From the NCBI GenBank assembly GCA_043798985.1, contig JAZDOE010000008.1:2332-66331 (forward strand): a DNA stretch of 64,000 nucleotides, given 5' to 3'. Numbering within the stretch: the first letter of the stretch is position 1; the number at the start of each line of letters is the position of its first letter. This document shows positions 35,534-45,070 of the stretch, in pieces. Under the pieces are notes generated by a model. That model saw only the letters and a list, made by a program, of their open reading frames with translations, was not told the origin of the DNA and searched no databases. Source of the stretch: Candidatus Falkowbacteria bacterium (lineage in GTDB: Bacteria > Patescibacteriota > Patescibacteriia > UBA11705 > JACRDX01). Position numbers and translations under genes: made by a program.

Positions 35534-35557
35534 ATTAAAGAACGGGTGTTCAATGGA

Positions 35558-36751
35558 TTATTTTATAATTTTCGTTACGACGCCAGCGCCGACAGTTTTA
35601 CCTCCCTCACGAATAGCAAATTTTTGCTGCTCTTCCATGGCAACAGGAACAATCAATTTGACGGTTAAATTAACAGTATCGCCGGGCATAACCATTTCCA
35701 CGCCCTCTGGCAAAGCCACAACATCACCGGTAATGTCCGCAGTTCTAAAGAAAAACTGTGGCTTGTATCCTTTAAAGAATGGCTTATGCCGCCCACCTTC
35801 GTCCTTTGACAATACATAAATCTTACCTTCAAATTCCGCGTGTGGATTAACACTGCCAGGTTTTGCCAAAACCTGTCCGCGCTCAACATCTTCGCGCTTT
35901 ACACCGCGCAACAAAACACCGGCATTATCACCTGCTTGTCCTTCGCCTAAAGACTTATTGAACATTTCAATGCCTGTCACAACAGTTTTTTGCGTAGGTC
36001 GGATACCCACGATTTCAGCTTCCTCGCCAACCTTGACCATACCGCGCTCAATTCTGCCTGTCACAACAGTGCCGCGTCCCTCAATTGAAAAGATATCTTC
36101 AATAGGCATTAAGAATGGTTTATCAATGTCGCGTTTTGGGGTTGGAATATATGTGTCCAACGCAGCAATCAAATCCAAAATTGGTTTTGCGGCTGCCTCA
36201 TCTTTTGGATTTTCCAAAGCTTTTGTGGCTGACCCACGGATAACAGGAACAGAATCTCCGGGAAATTCATATTTCTTCAACAACTCGCGAACCTCTTCCT
36301 CAACCAAATCAATAAGTTCCTTTTCTTCAACCATGTCGCATTTATTCAAGAAAACGACCATATATGGAACGCCTACTTGGCGAGCCAACAAAATATGCTC
36401 GCGCGTTTGAGGCATTGGACCATCTGGAGCGGCCACAACCAAAATCGCGCCGTCCATTTGTGCCGCGCCGGTAATCATGTTTTTGATGTAATCAGCATGT
36501 CCAGGACAATCAATGTGCGCATAGTGTCGTGTTGCGCTTTCGTATTCAACGTGCGCGGTGTTAATCGTAATACCACGAGCCTTTTCTTCAGGCGCGCTAT
36601 CAATCTGATCAACGCTTTTGTCCTGCGCTGTAAGACCTTGCGCTTTTAACACCTGCAAAATTGCAGCGGTCAAGCTAGTCTTGCCATGGTCAATATGACC
36701 AATAGTACCCACATTAACGTGTGGCTTTGTTCTTTCAAATGTTCCTGCCAT
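35558..36751 (-). CDS. tuf: Elongation factor Tu.
   Basis: [14 protein letters not shown]... 397 aa. Confidence 0.95.
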   Translation of the reverse strand: MAGTFERTKPHVNVGTIGHIDHGKTSLTAAILQVLKAQGLTAQDKSVDQIDSAPEEKARGITINTAHVEYESATRHYAHIDCPGHADYIKNMITGAAQMDGAILVVAAPDGPMPQTREHILLARQVGVPYMVVFLNKCDMVEEKELIDLVEEEVRELLKKYEFPGDSVPVIRGSATKALENPKDEAAAKPILDLIAALDTYIPTPKRDIDKPFLMPIEDIFSIEGRGTVVTGRIERGMVKVGEEAEIVGIRPTQKTVVTGIEMFNKSLGEGQAGDNAGVLLRGVKREDVERGQVLAKPGSVNPHAEFEGKIYVLSKDEGGRHKPFFKGYKPQFFFRTADITGDVVALPEGVEMVMPGDTVNLTVKLIVPVAMEEQQKFAIREGGKTVGAGVVTKIIK

Positions 36752-36808
36752 AAACTATTTAATTAATTCAAAGATAATTATATCAGATATTTTTAAATTT
36801 GCAAGAGC

Positions 36809-37060
36809 CTATTCTAAAGGCTCTATATAAAACTGCTCGTCCTCTTTTGCTACAACGGCTTTATCATCCTCTGAAAGCTCCTCTGTTACTGGCTCAACAA
36901 AATCATTAATATCTGATAAATCAACAAGCTCATCTTGCGCAAGCTGTTGCTCATATTCATCAAGCGGCATCATGACATAAACTTTTTCCTTGTTTTTGTC
37001 CACAATAAAATGCCTGCCGCCAACCTGATCAATTAAAGAAAAAATCTTTTCCCAATTCAT
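36809..37060 (-). CDS. Hypothetical small acidic protein located between fusA and tuf.
   Basis: 83 aa, Glu/Asp-rich C-terminus; no family recognised. Confidence 0.35.
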   Translation of the reverse strand: MNWEKIFSLIDQVGGRHFIVDKNKEKVYVMMPLDEYEQQLAQDELVDLSDINDFVEPVTEELSEDDKAVVAKEDEQFYIEPLE

Positions 37061-37074
37061 ATTTTTAAAAAAAT

Positions 37075-39159
37075 TTATGCTGCCTTGTCTCTTTCCGCCC
37101 TAATCTTTTCAACAACATTTTTCGGAACGACCGCATAATGATTAAATTCCATTGTATAGCTCGCGCGCCCCTGCGTAAATGAACGAAGCGCTGTCGCGTA
37201 GCCAAACATTTCTGCCAGCGGCACCATCGCATCAACAACCTTAGTATTGGCGCGCTCGCCGATATTCTGTATCTGCGCGCGTCTGGAATTTAAATCACCG
37301 ACAACTTCACCCAAAAAATCTTCTGGGCAAACCACCTCAACTTTCATAATTGGTTCTAACAAAGATGGTTCGGCTCTTTTTGACGCTTCTTGAAAAGCCA
37401 TTGAACCAGCAATCTTAAACGCGGCTTCAGACGAATCAACTTCATGGTATGAACCATCAAAAACCGTCACTTTTATATCAACCATCGGGTAACCAAGCAA
37501 CACGCCTTTATCAAGCGCTTCTTTAACGCCCTTTTGAATAGCAGGCACATATTCACGTGGAATTACGCCGCCCTTAGTCGCATCCTCAAAGTCAAAACCC
37601 TTGCCCCGCTCCTGTGGCTCAACTCGCAGCCAGCAATGACCATATTGACCACGGCCGCCAGATTGACGAATATACTTACCCTCTGCTTCAGCTTCTTTTA
37701 CAATTGTTTCTTTATATGCCACTTGTGGTTTTCCTGTGTTTGCCTCAACTTTAAACTCGCGCCGCATGCGATCAACTATAATATCAAGATGCAATTCGCC
37801 CATTCCGGAAATAATAGTCTGCATTGTATCTGGATCTGTTTTAATTTTGAATGTAGGATCTTCTTCTGACAATTTTTGCAAAGCAACGCCCATTTTTTCC
37901 TGATCAACCTTAGTCTTTGGCTCAATCGCCATCGAGATTACAGGCTCTGGAAAAGTAATTGATTCCAAAATAACCGGTCGTTTTTCATCGCAGAGCGTAT
38001 GCCCGGTAAAGGTCGCTTTCAAACCAATGACCGCCGCGATTTCGCCAGAATAAACCTCGGTAATTTCTTCGCGCTTATTAGCATGCATTCTGACAACACG
38101 ACTGATTCTTTCTTTTTCTCTTGTAATCGTGTTGAAAACATAAGAGCCGGATTTTAAGACGCCAGAGTACACACGAACAAAGCATAATCTTCCAACAAAT
38201 GGATCTGTCGCAACCTTAAAGGCCAATGCAACCAATGGCTCATCATCATTCGCAATAATATCAATCATTTTTTCCGTATCTTTAAAGTCGTTCGCTTGCA
38301 ACGCCGGCACATCTAACGGAGATGGCAAATACGCTACAATCGCGTCCAAAAGCATTTGCATTCCTTTATTTTTTAACGCGCTTCCCGTCAAAATCGGCAC
38401 GATTTTGTTTGCGACAACAGCATTGCGCAAGGTTTTCTTAATTTCTTCAATCGTCACTTCTTCGCCAGCCAAAAATTTATTCATCACGGCCTCGTCATAT
38501 TCAACCACTGCCTCAACAAGTTTCGCACGATGCTCCTCAACTTGCTCTTTCATGTCTTCTGGCACTTCAATTTCCTGAATATCAACGCCCAAATCATCGC
38601 CGAAAATGTATGCCTTGCGAGCAATTATATCAACAACGCCTTTAAATGTTTCTGCCGCGCCGATTGGCAGTTGAATAGGATACGCGCTCTTTGTTAAGCG
38701 ATCATGAATAGATTTTACGTCAGCATAAAAATCCGCGCCCATTCGATCCATTTTATTGACAAACGCAATGCGCGGAACATGATATTTATCAGCTTGATGC
38801 CACACGGTTTCTGATTGAGGCTCAACCCCAGCAACTCCATCAAAAACAACTACCCCGCCATCCAACACACGCAACGAACGCTCAACTTCAGCGGTGAAAT
38901 CCACGTGCCCCGGAGTATCAATAATATTAATTTGATGCTCTAACCAAAAACAAGTCGTAGCCGCAGAAGTAATAGTAATTCCGCGCTCGCGCTCCTGCTC
39001 CATCCAATCCATTTCTGCGGCGCCCTCATGAACCTCTCCGATTTTATGTTTTTTCCCAGTATAAAACAAAATGCGCTCACTTACCGTTGTTTTACCAGCG
39101 TCAATATGAGCAATAATTCCAATGTTTCTAACTTTTTCAATTGGCATTAATCTAGACAT
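37075..39159 (-). CDS. fusA: Elongation factor G.
   Basis: Start at the internal Met [25 protein letters not shown], 4 nt after the rpsG stop. The track ORF extends spuriously upstream to 39264. Confidence 0.9.
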   Translation of the reverse strand: MSRLMPIEKVRNIGIIAHIDAGKTTVSERILFYTGKKHKIGEVHEGAAEMDWMEQERERGITITSAATTCFWLEHQINIIDTPGHVDFTAEVERSLRVLDGGVVVFDGVAGVEPQSETVWHQADKYHVPRIAFVNKMDRMGADFYADVKSIHDRLTKSAYPIQLPIGAAETFKGVVDIIARKAYIFGDDLGVDIQEIEVPEDMKEQVEEHRAKLVEAVVEYDEAVMNKFLAGEEVTIEEIKKTLRNAVVANKIVPILTGSALKNKGMQMLLDAIVAYLPSPLDVPALQANDFKDTEKMIDIIANDDEPLVALAFKVATDPFVGRLCFVRVYSGVLKSGSYVFNTITREKERISRVVRMHANKREEITEVYSGEIAAVIGLKATFTGHTLCDEKRPVILESITFPEPVISMAIEPKTKVDQEKMGVALQKLSEEDPTFKIKTDPDTMQTIISGMGELHLDIIVDRMRREFKVEANTGKPQVAYKETIVKEAEAEGKYIRQSGGRGQYGHCWLRVEPQERGKGFDFEDATKGGVIPREYVPAIQKGVKEALDKGVLLGYPMVDIKVTVFDGSYHEVDSSEAAFKIAGSMAFQEASKRAEPSLLEPIMKVEVVCPEDFLGEVVGDLNSRRAQIQNIGERANTKVVDAMVPLAEMFGYATALRSFTQGRASYTMEFNHYAVVPKNVVEKIRAERDKAA

Positions 39160-39163
39160 AACT

Positions 39164-39661
39164 TTAAATGGCAAAGTGCGCGAACGCGCGGTTAGCTTCT
39201 GCCATTCTGTGCACATCATTCTTTTTCTTAACCGCGGCGCCAGTATTATTAAAAGCGTCAGCAAGCTCTATTGCCAATTTTTCAGCCATTGGCTTGCCTT
39301 TTCTTGCATTGGCCGCGGCCAAAATCCAACGAAAAGTTAGCGCGACTTTGCGCTCGCCGCGGACAGGGTACGGAATCTGATAGTTCGCGCCACCGACGCG
39401 GCGGCCGCGAATTTCCAATTGTGGCGCGACATTTTTCAATGCCCCGTCAAAAACCATCAAAGCGTCTTTGGTTTCAGCGCCAAATTCTTTTTTATCAACT
39501 TTTTTTTGTAAAATATCAAAACACCCGTAAACAATTCTTTGTGCGGTGCTCTTTTTTCCGCGTTTCATCACGTAGTTTGTAAATTTTGCAACCACTACGT
39601 TGTTATAACGCAAATCTGGTTTGATTTTTCTTTTCGGTGCTTGTTTCCCACGCATATTCAA
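39164..39661 (-). CDS. rpsG: 30S ribosomal protein S7.
   Basis: Position and sequence. Confidence 0.9.
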   Translation of the reverse strand: MNMRGKQAPKRKIKPDLRYNNVVVAKFTNYVMKRGKKSTAQRIVYGCFDILQKKVDKKEFGAETKDALMVFDGALKNVAPQLEIRGRRVGGANYQIPYPVRGERKVALTFRWILAAANARKGKPMAEKLAIELADAFNNTGAAVKKKNDVHRMAEANRAFAHFAI

Positions 39662-39666
39662 TTATA

Positions 39667-40077
39667 TTATTTAGGTCTTTTAACGCCATAAGATGAGCGG
39701 CTTTTGCGCCGACCATCAACGCCTTGCGTATCAAAAACTCCTCTGACAATATGATAGCGCACGCCCGGCAAATCTTTTACCCTTCCGCCGCGCACCATTA
39801 CAACAGAGTGTTCCTGCAAATTGTGTCCTTCTCCCGGAATGTAGGCCGTCACTTCTTGCCCGTTTGACAAGCGAACACGCGCGATTTTTCGCAAAGCTGA
39901 ATTTGGTTTTTTTGGTGTCGTTGTGGTCACTTTCAAACAAACGCCGCGTCGAAACGGACCATGCAATAAACTTCTACGTCGTTTAATAGTATCAAAAATC
40001 GTCTGAAGCGCAGGCGCTTTAGACTTTTGAGTTATTCTTTTTCTTCCTTTTTTAATAAGCTGATTGATTGTTGGCAT
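39667..40077 (-). CDS. rpsL: 30S ribosomal protein S12.
   Basis: [13 protein letters not shown]... Confidence 0.9.
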   Translation of the reverse strand: MPTINQLIKKGRKRITQKSKAPALQTIFDTIKRRRSLLHGPFRRGVCLKVTTTTPKKPNSALRKIARVRLSNGQEVTAYIPGEGHNLQEHSVVMVRGGRVKDLPGVRYHIVRGVFDTQGVDGRRKSRSSYGVKRPK

Positions 40078-40165
40078 AGTAGAAAATTAAAAACAGCTGT
40101 TTAAGCTGCTATCAGGATATCACTTCTTTTTTTTAGAGTCAAGAGCTATCCCCCATAATATCTTC

Positions 40166-40807
40166 TTAAAATAAAATCTTGGAAACTACGTTGACGAAAA
40201 ACATGAAAATGCTTTGAAAAATATTCAGATTCAGCCATGAATCAAAAATTATCAGAACAATCAACAAAATCGGGCCGCGAGTATCTAACCAAATTTTGAT
40301 GTGGTCATACTTTGGCGCGTCTAAAATGCCGAACAGCAACTTTGAACCATCGAGCGGCGGTATTGGAATTAAATTAAAAACAGCCAGCATTAAATTTATA
40401 AAAACTAAATATTGCAAAAAATAAATCAGCAAATTTGTTTCCGGCAAAACTTCCGTGGCAATAAAAATCTTCAAAAAAATTCCAGCGACAATTACCAGCA
40501 ATAAGTTGGAAACAGGACCAGCAATCGCGACCAGTGTCGCGCCCCAACGCTGATACCGCAAATTATATGGATTGTACGGCACTGGCTTGCCCCAACCAAA
40601 ACCAGCGAGCAACAACATTAATGATCCAACCAAACTCAAATGCGCCGCGGGATTTAAAGTGAGCCGACCGGCGTTTTTCGCGGTTTGATCGCCCAGCCAA
40701 GTGCTAGCAAGCGCGTGCGCAAACTCATGGATAGTAATCGCGACAACCATGCCCAGCGCGACAACCAAAAAAATCAAAGGATTTGTAAATAATAAATTAA
40801 GCAACAT
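40166..40807 (-). CDS. Site-2 protease / peptidase M50-family membrane metalloprotease.
   Basis: HEFAHAL zinc motif within a TM helix; 213 aa, polytopic. Confidence 0.7.
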   Translation of the reverse strand: MLLNLLFTNPLIFLVVALGMVVAITIHEFAHALASTWLGDQTAKNAGRLTLNPAAHLSLVGSLMLLLAGFGWGKPVPYNPYNLRYQRWGATLVAIAGPVSNLLLVIVAGIFLKIFIATEVLPETNLLIYFLQYLVFINLMLAVFNLIPIPPLDGSKLLFGILDAPKYDHIKIWLDTRGPILLIVLIIFDSWLNLNIFQSIFMFFVNVVSKILF

Positions 40808-40837
40808 AATTGTTGACTTATTATATCATGACTGCTA

Positions 40838-40965
40838 CAATCGTAAAATAATTTTGAATTTCCAATTTCGAATTTTGATTGAATTCCGAAATCTGAATTT
40901 TGAAACATTCAAACATTCATACATTCAACGTTGAATCAAAATTCAAAATTCTAATTTCAAAATTT
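40838..40965. repeat. AT-rich intergenic repeat cluster (gaattt/aaattc, ttcgaa-type short repeats) upstream of rpmB.
   Basis: Related in style to the repeats at 48291..48410, 51283..51400 and 52141..52200. Confidence 0.4.
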
Positions 40966-40974
40966 TCTACTTCT

Positions 40975-41151
40975 ATGTCTAAAACATGTGAAATATGCGG
41001 TCGCAAGGCTTTGGCCGCGCAAAATCGAAGTCACTCTAATGTCGCGACAAAACGCCGCCAATTTTTAAACTTACAGTCAAAGACAATTGATGGCAAAAAA
41101 ACAAAGATTTGCGCCAAGTGCATTAAAACCATGAGCAAGAAAAGGAAATAG
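40975..41151 (+). CDS. rpmB: 50S ribosomal protein L28.
   Basis: Internal start MSKTCEICGRKALAAQNRSHSNVATKRRQF... Confidence 0.75.
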   Translation: MSKTCEICGRKALAAQNRSHSNVATKRRQFLNLQSKTIDGKKTKICAKCIKTMSKKRK

Positions 41152-41563
41152 AATCTCCGATTGATATTTGATTCTTTTCAACAAACCCAGCATTAACTTC
41201 TAAAAGATACTTCGCCACCGCAGTTGATGCGTAGGCAGGACAATTTTCAACCAGACAAGGTTGAAAATTTTGTTTTATATCAACAATTTTCTTATCCTTT
41301 GAAATGAAAATCAAATCCAGCGGAAATTTCATATTCTTCATCCAAAAGCTGGTCGTTCCAACGTTCATAAACAACATTCCGTGTCCATCTTGCAACTTGT
41401 CTCTGAACATTAAACCTTGCTGACGTTCAACGTACGAGTCAGCGCGTTCAACTTTTACTTTAACGTTGCTGTTATCAAAAACAACTTGCTTCGGCGCCAA
41501 AATAAAAAAGCCGAAAATAACAACAAGCAACACCATGCTAAGCATTGTTAATCGCTTCAACAT
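41123..41563 (-). CDS. DUF192 domain protein (COG1430) with an N-terminal TM helix or signal peptide.
   Basis: RQQGLMFRDKLQDGHGMLFMNVGTTSFWMKNMKFPLDLIFISKDKKIV matches the DUF192 pattern. The start is uncertain (Met at 41563 or 41545). Confidence 0.6.
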   Translation of the reverse strand: MLKRLTMLSMVLLVVIFGFFILAPKQVVFDNSNVKVKVERADSYVERQQGLMFRDKLQDGHGMLFMNVGTTSFWMKNMKFPLDLIFISKDKKIVDIKQNFQPCLVENCPAYASTAVAKYLLEVNAGFVEKNQISIGDSISFSCSWF

Positions 41564-42287
41564 ATTGACAATAATCGCAATCTTTCCCGGTAGCCGGAAC
41601 GTCATCGCCATCCAAACATTCTCGCGCGGCCAACAAAGTTTTTTCTATCCAACCATCATTGCCAACATACGGAATCAATTTAACATCAAATTCTAATCTG
41701 CCATCAAATGCCGCGCGGTCTGTTTTTCCATTTACATAAACAAAATAGCCTGTTTTAGAAACCTCAAAACCATTTTGGCGCAACAGCCATTGATAAACTT
41801 CCATTTGCCGTTTATAACCAATCTGCCAATCCGCGTCCAACGAAACCTCGCCGGCCTTGCTCGTGGCCTTGTAATCTACAACAATCAACTCGCCGGCCGG
41901 ATTTACCCAAACATCATCCACGCCACCAGTCACAAAAAAATTAGTAGGCGCGTGCAAAAATTCCACGCCCTTGCGCATGGCGTCGCGCCAGTCATTCATT
42001 TTTTCATGTTGAAATGGGACAGCGTCAATTCCATACGCTTCCATGATCGGATGTTTTGTTTGGCCAGCACGATGAATATCAAATTCTTTTTTCAACAATA
42101 AATCAACCGCGCTGTTCAAAGAAAATGGGAATCCCGGCGGCCGGCCGATTCCAACGCGACGGTCCAAATAAAAACAGCGCGGGCATTCCAAAAATAAATC
42201 AATTTTTGAACGACTCAACCTGAATGGCGCCTCATCGTTTGGGTTGAACAAATATTTTGTTCGGCGCGGATTGTAATATTGCGACAT
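41538..42287 (-). CDS. PD-(D/E)XK nuclease with a Cys cluster (RecB-family / Cas4-like, COG2887-type).
   Basis: N-terminal CPRC, catalytic GVDDVWVNPAGELIVVDYKATSK (D...D/E-x-K) and C-terminal C...CDYC. No cas genes or CRISPR array nearby. Confidence 0.55.
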   Translation of the reverse strand: MSQYYNPRRTKYLFNPNDEAPFRLSRSKIDLFLECPRCFYLDRRVGIGRPPGFPFSLNSAVDLLLKKEFDIHRAGQTKHPIMEAYGIDAVPFQHEKMNDWRDAMRKGVEFLHAPTNFFVTGGVDDVWVNPAGELIVVDYKATSKAGEVSLDADWQIGYKRQMEVYQWLLRQNGFEVSKTGYFVYVNGKTDRAAFDGRLEFDVKLIPYVGNDGWIEKTLLAARECLDGDDVPATGKDCDYCQYVEAINNA

Positions 42288-42294
42288 AAATTTT

Positions 42295-43980
42295 TTAACT
42301 TGGCGCGACCGGAGTGACAGTCACGCTTCCAACCGTTGACTCGTATGAACTCCCATCAAGAAACAAAACCTTGCTGTAATATTTCAACGTACCGCCTTGA
42401 TTTGGATTTGTGCCCATCATTATATATATTTGTTTGGAATAAGAACAAGTCGCTGACATACAATTAGCCTGATTCACACCATTTACATATATCCAATGCG
42501 CAAATATCGTTTTCCCGTCTGGATCAACAACCGAATTTATCGTGCCAATCTCGGTAGCGGGAATTGCGTTGACAACCGGAGCGAACGAAGCTGAAATCTT
42601 TGGAGCTGGCGCGGTAATTGTCACGGTTTTTGCCGCACTGCTTTTGTTACGACCGTCTGTAAAGTAAGCTCGAGCGTAAAAAGTAATAGTTTTACCGGCA
42701 TAATCGGTAAAAGGCCCAAAGGAAAAAGCGCAACTGGCATAACAAACTTTTACCACCTGCGTATCAAAATAATAATTTATGTAATCAATCTTCTTGCTTC
42801 CCGGATTGACGGTGACGCTGAAAGTCGCCGAAGCGCTGTAAGCAATGGTGTCGCTGGAAGCTTTAACGGTAATAGTCGGCTCAATAATCGTCGCCGGAGC
42901 AACCGTCAAATATTTAATCGCGGTTGTCTGCCAATTTCCAGCCGCGTCAAAAGCTTCGGCTTTATATAGATACTGTTTATTTTCCAAAATTCCATAAAAC
43001 GGTCCGATTTCTTGCGAACAACTTGTCACGTTAAAACACTCTTTAATCAAAACTGAATCAAACGTCAGCGCGATTTTCGTCACGCCAACATTATCGCTGG
43101 CAACCGATTGAATCACAACGGTTTCGTCAGCTTTAATTGTGTCATTAGCAACACTTACCAAAATACTAGGAGCCTGCTTGTCCGGCGCAACCGGTGCAAC
43201 AGGGATCAAAGCCGCGGAAACGGTAAACGTTCCATTGAGCTGACTAGTTTGCCCGCCAATGGTCTTAACAATAAAAGAATAGGCGTGTCTACCGATATCT
43301 GCTGTGTTCATCGGACCAAGCACCATTTTACAACTGGTGACGCTTTTGCATGTTTTGAAAGTATAACCATCGGCGCTCGCCTGAATTTGATCAATGATAA
43401 CGGTGTCTTTAACGTACACGGTCGCGCTAAAAACTTCTCCTGTTTTAACATTATCTCCGGAAGTGACAACTGAACTGATTTCTAGCGGCGCTTCCTTTGG
43501 TTGCGTAGGCAAAGCAGGGGTGTCAATCGTAGCCAGAGGAACAATCACCGGCACAGTTGTCTGCGCGCCAACAACAACAAATGTTCCAGAATAAACCGCA
43601 GTCGCCCCATTTTTCTTAACAATTTCCACTGAATAATTATGGCTGCCAATATCTTTCTTTACAAAAGCCGCTGTCTGATACAAACACAAACCAAAATCTT
43701 TTTCGCAAGTCTTTACAACCTTGGCATCAATTTTAATAACAACCTTTGAGGTATTGTCCTCATTAACGCCACTAACATTAATCGTAAAAACTTCGCCCAA
43801 TTTTGGATTGGCGTTTGACGTCATTATCAATTTCCTAGGCTCGGGCTTATCCATTCTGCTCAAACTTTGAACAATTATTTCGTTGCCAGCCGGATTATTC
43901 ATCTTTAAAAAATAAAATGCCGCGACCCCTCCTACCGCGACAACAACCAGTAGAATAAAAAATACACTTTTTCTTGTCAT
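42295..43980 (-). CDS. Secreted or membrane-anchored repeat protein with five Ig-like beta-rich repeats, each carrying a conserved Cys pair.
   Basis: N-terminal TM helix. Repeats contain VVKTCEKDFGLC, FKTCKSVTSC, LIKECFNVTSC, VVKVCYASC and ANCMSATC. Confidence 0.45.
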   Translation of the reverse strand: MTRKSVFFILLVVVAVGGVAAFYFLKMNNPAGNEIIVQSLSRMDKPEPRKLIMTSNANPKLGEVFTINVSGVNEDNTSKVVIKIDAKVVKTCEKDFGLCLYQTAAFVKKDIGSHNYSVEIVKKNGATAVYSGTFVVVGAQTTVPVIVPLATIDTPALPTQPKEAPLEISSVVTSGDNVKTGEVFSATVYVKDTVIIDQIQASADGYTFKTCKSVTSCKMVLGPMNTADIGRHAYSFIVKTIGGQTSQLNGTFTVSAALIPVAPVAPDKQAPSILVSVANDTIKADETVVIQSVASDNVGVTKIALTFDSVLIKECFNVTSCSQEIGPFYGILENKQYLYKAEAFDAAGNWQTTAIKYLTVAPATIIEPTITVKASSDTIAYSASATFSVTVNPGSKKIDYINYYFDTQVVKVCYASCAFSFGPFTDYAGKTITFYARAYFTDGRNKSSAAKTVTITAPAPKISASFAPVVNAIPATEIGTINSVVDPDGKTIFAHWIYVNGVNQANCMSATCSYSKQIYIMMGTNPNQGGTLKYYSKVLFLDGSSYESTVGSVTVTPVAPS

Positions 43981-44087
43981 ACTAAAATTAATTTAATTTA
44001 TATTTACATTATACAACATAACACCGCGCGTCAACAAATTGTTGCAACAAAAAAATCCGGCTCTGAATTTCAGAACCGGACACAATC

Positions 44088-44447
44088 TCACTCGCCCGAT
44101 AGCTTGAAAAATATTTCCACCGGGTAAATTGTCTGCGCTGGCAGTAGCTTCGCGCAAAACATCCCATCCTTGCTGACCGCGCCCACCTTGTCCTCTTGAA
44201 CTTCAACGCGGACAGCAGAAGCATCATCGCGGATGAGCCAGCCAGTCACCTTACCGCGCGGATCAGTCTCGACCTTGTCCAGCCGCGCGGAAAAGGTTCC
44301 CTCCGGACACACCTGAACTGTCAGTGCCTGCTTCTGGTAGTAGCCGAGCACTCGCGGCCCGAAACTGACGAGCGCCGCAACCAAAACCACAATTATAACA
44401 CCAACGCTCCTCTTGATTTTCGCTGCCATGCCAGCCTCCTTTTTCAA
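44088..44447 (-). CDS. Hypothetical membrane-anchored protein in a GC-rich island.
   Basis: 119 aa with a TM helix VGVIIVVLVAALV. GC is much higher than in neighbouring genes. A terminator hairpin lies downstream at about 44056..44083. Confidence 0.4.
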   Translation of the reverse strand: MKKEAGMAAKIKRSVGVIIVVLVAALVSFGPRVLGYYQKQALTVQVCPEGTFSARLDKVETDPRGKVTGWLIRDDASAVRVEVQEDKVGAVSKDGMFCAKLLPAQTIYPVEIFFKLSGE

Positions 44448-44536
44448 TCAGTTTCCTTTATCAAATGCCATATTATAACTCTAATCACAAAATGTCAATA
44501 AAAACAAAAAATGCCCAACAATGAGCATTAACTTAA

Positions 44537-44611
44537 TCGGGCTAGGCAGATTCGAACTGCCGGCCTCACCCACCCCAAGGGTGCGCGCTAACCAAACTGC
44601 GCTATAGCCCG
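44537..44611 (-). tRNA. tRNA-Pro (anticodon GGG).
   Basis: Reverse complement CGGGCTATAGCGCAGTTTGGTTAGCGCGCACCCTTGGGGTGGGTGAGGCCGGCAGTTCGAATCTGCCTAGCCCGA. C1-G72 pair and G37. Confidence 0.75.
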
Positions 44612-44619
44612 TTCCTATA

Positions 44620-44691
44620 TCCTCTCGGAAGGAATCGAACCTTCATCGCAGGTTCCGGAAACCTGTGTTCTATCCATTGAACTACGAGAGG
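44620..44691 (-). tRNA. tRNA-Arg (anticodon CCG).
   Basis: Reverse complement CCTCTCGTAGTTCAATGGATAGAACACAGGTTTCCGGAACCTGCGATGAAGGTTCGATTCCTTCCGAGAGGA. Confidence 0.75.
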
Positions 44692-44897
44692 GTAAATTGT
44701 GTTCCCCGCCCAAAGCCCAAATGGCATTGTGGCGGGCCCGCCTGCTTGCCGCCCTTGGCGGCTGGCGGCGGGTATCCATTGAACTACGAGAGGGTAAATT
44801 GTGTTCCCCGCCCAAAGCCCAAAGGGCATTGTGGCGGGCCCGCCTGCTTGCCGCCCTTGGCGGCTGGCGGCGGGTATCCATTGAACTACGGGAGGGG
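44692..44897. repeat. Two tandem 102-bp direct repeats, each made of a GC-rich structured element plus a 22-nt copy of the tRNA-Arg 5' end (acceptor and D-arm).
   Basis: TATCCATTGAACTACGAGAGGG occurs at about 44671, 44773 and 44875. The GC segment shares CCCCGCCCAAAGCCC-AA-GGCATTGTGGCGGGCCCGCC with 22046..22085. The four overlapping ORFs in the track are artefacts of the repeat. Confidence 0.7.
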
Positions 44898-44902
44898 AAA
44901 AA

Positions 44903-44986
44903 TGCCGCGAGTGGGAGTTGAACCCACACACCCTTGCGGGCACACGGCTCTGAACCGTGCGCGTCTGCCGATTCCGCCATCGCGGC
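44903..44986 (-). tRNA. tRNA-Leu (anticodon CAG), long variable arm.
   Basis: Reverse complement GCCGCGATGGCGGAATCGGCAGACGCGCACGGTTCAGAGCCGTGTGCCCGCAAGGGTGTGTGGGTTCAACTCCCACTCGCGGCA. Confidence 0.75.
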
Positions 44987-44998
44987 TGATTTTTCCAA

Positions 44999-45069
44999 TG
45001 GACTCACCGGGAATCGAACCCGGGACTCGGCAATGCGAATGCCGCGTGATACCACTTTACTATGAGCCC
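44999..45069 (-). tRNA. tRNA-Ala (anticodon CGC) with the G3:U70 identity pair.
   Basis: Reverse complement GGGCTCATAGTAAAGTGGTATCACGCGGCATTCGCATTGCCGAGTCCCGGGTTCGATTCCCGGTGAGTCCA. Confidence 0.7.
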
Positions 45070-45070
45070 G

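Noticed and set aside
39164-39264. N-terminal 35-aa extension of the fusA ORF in the track ([24 protein letters not shown]...).
   Set aside because: It overlaps the 3' end of rpsG. The conserved EF-G N-terminus begins at the internal Met ([25 protein letters not shown]) at 39159, so the extension is not part of the protein.
44692-44897. Possible CRISPR array suggested by regularly spaced repeats.
   Set aside because: There are only two or three contiguous units and no unique spacers; the unit contains a tRNA fragment; and there are no cas genes. It is not a CRISPR array.
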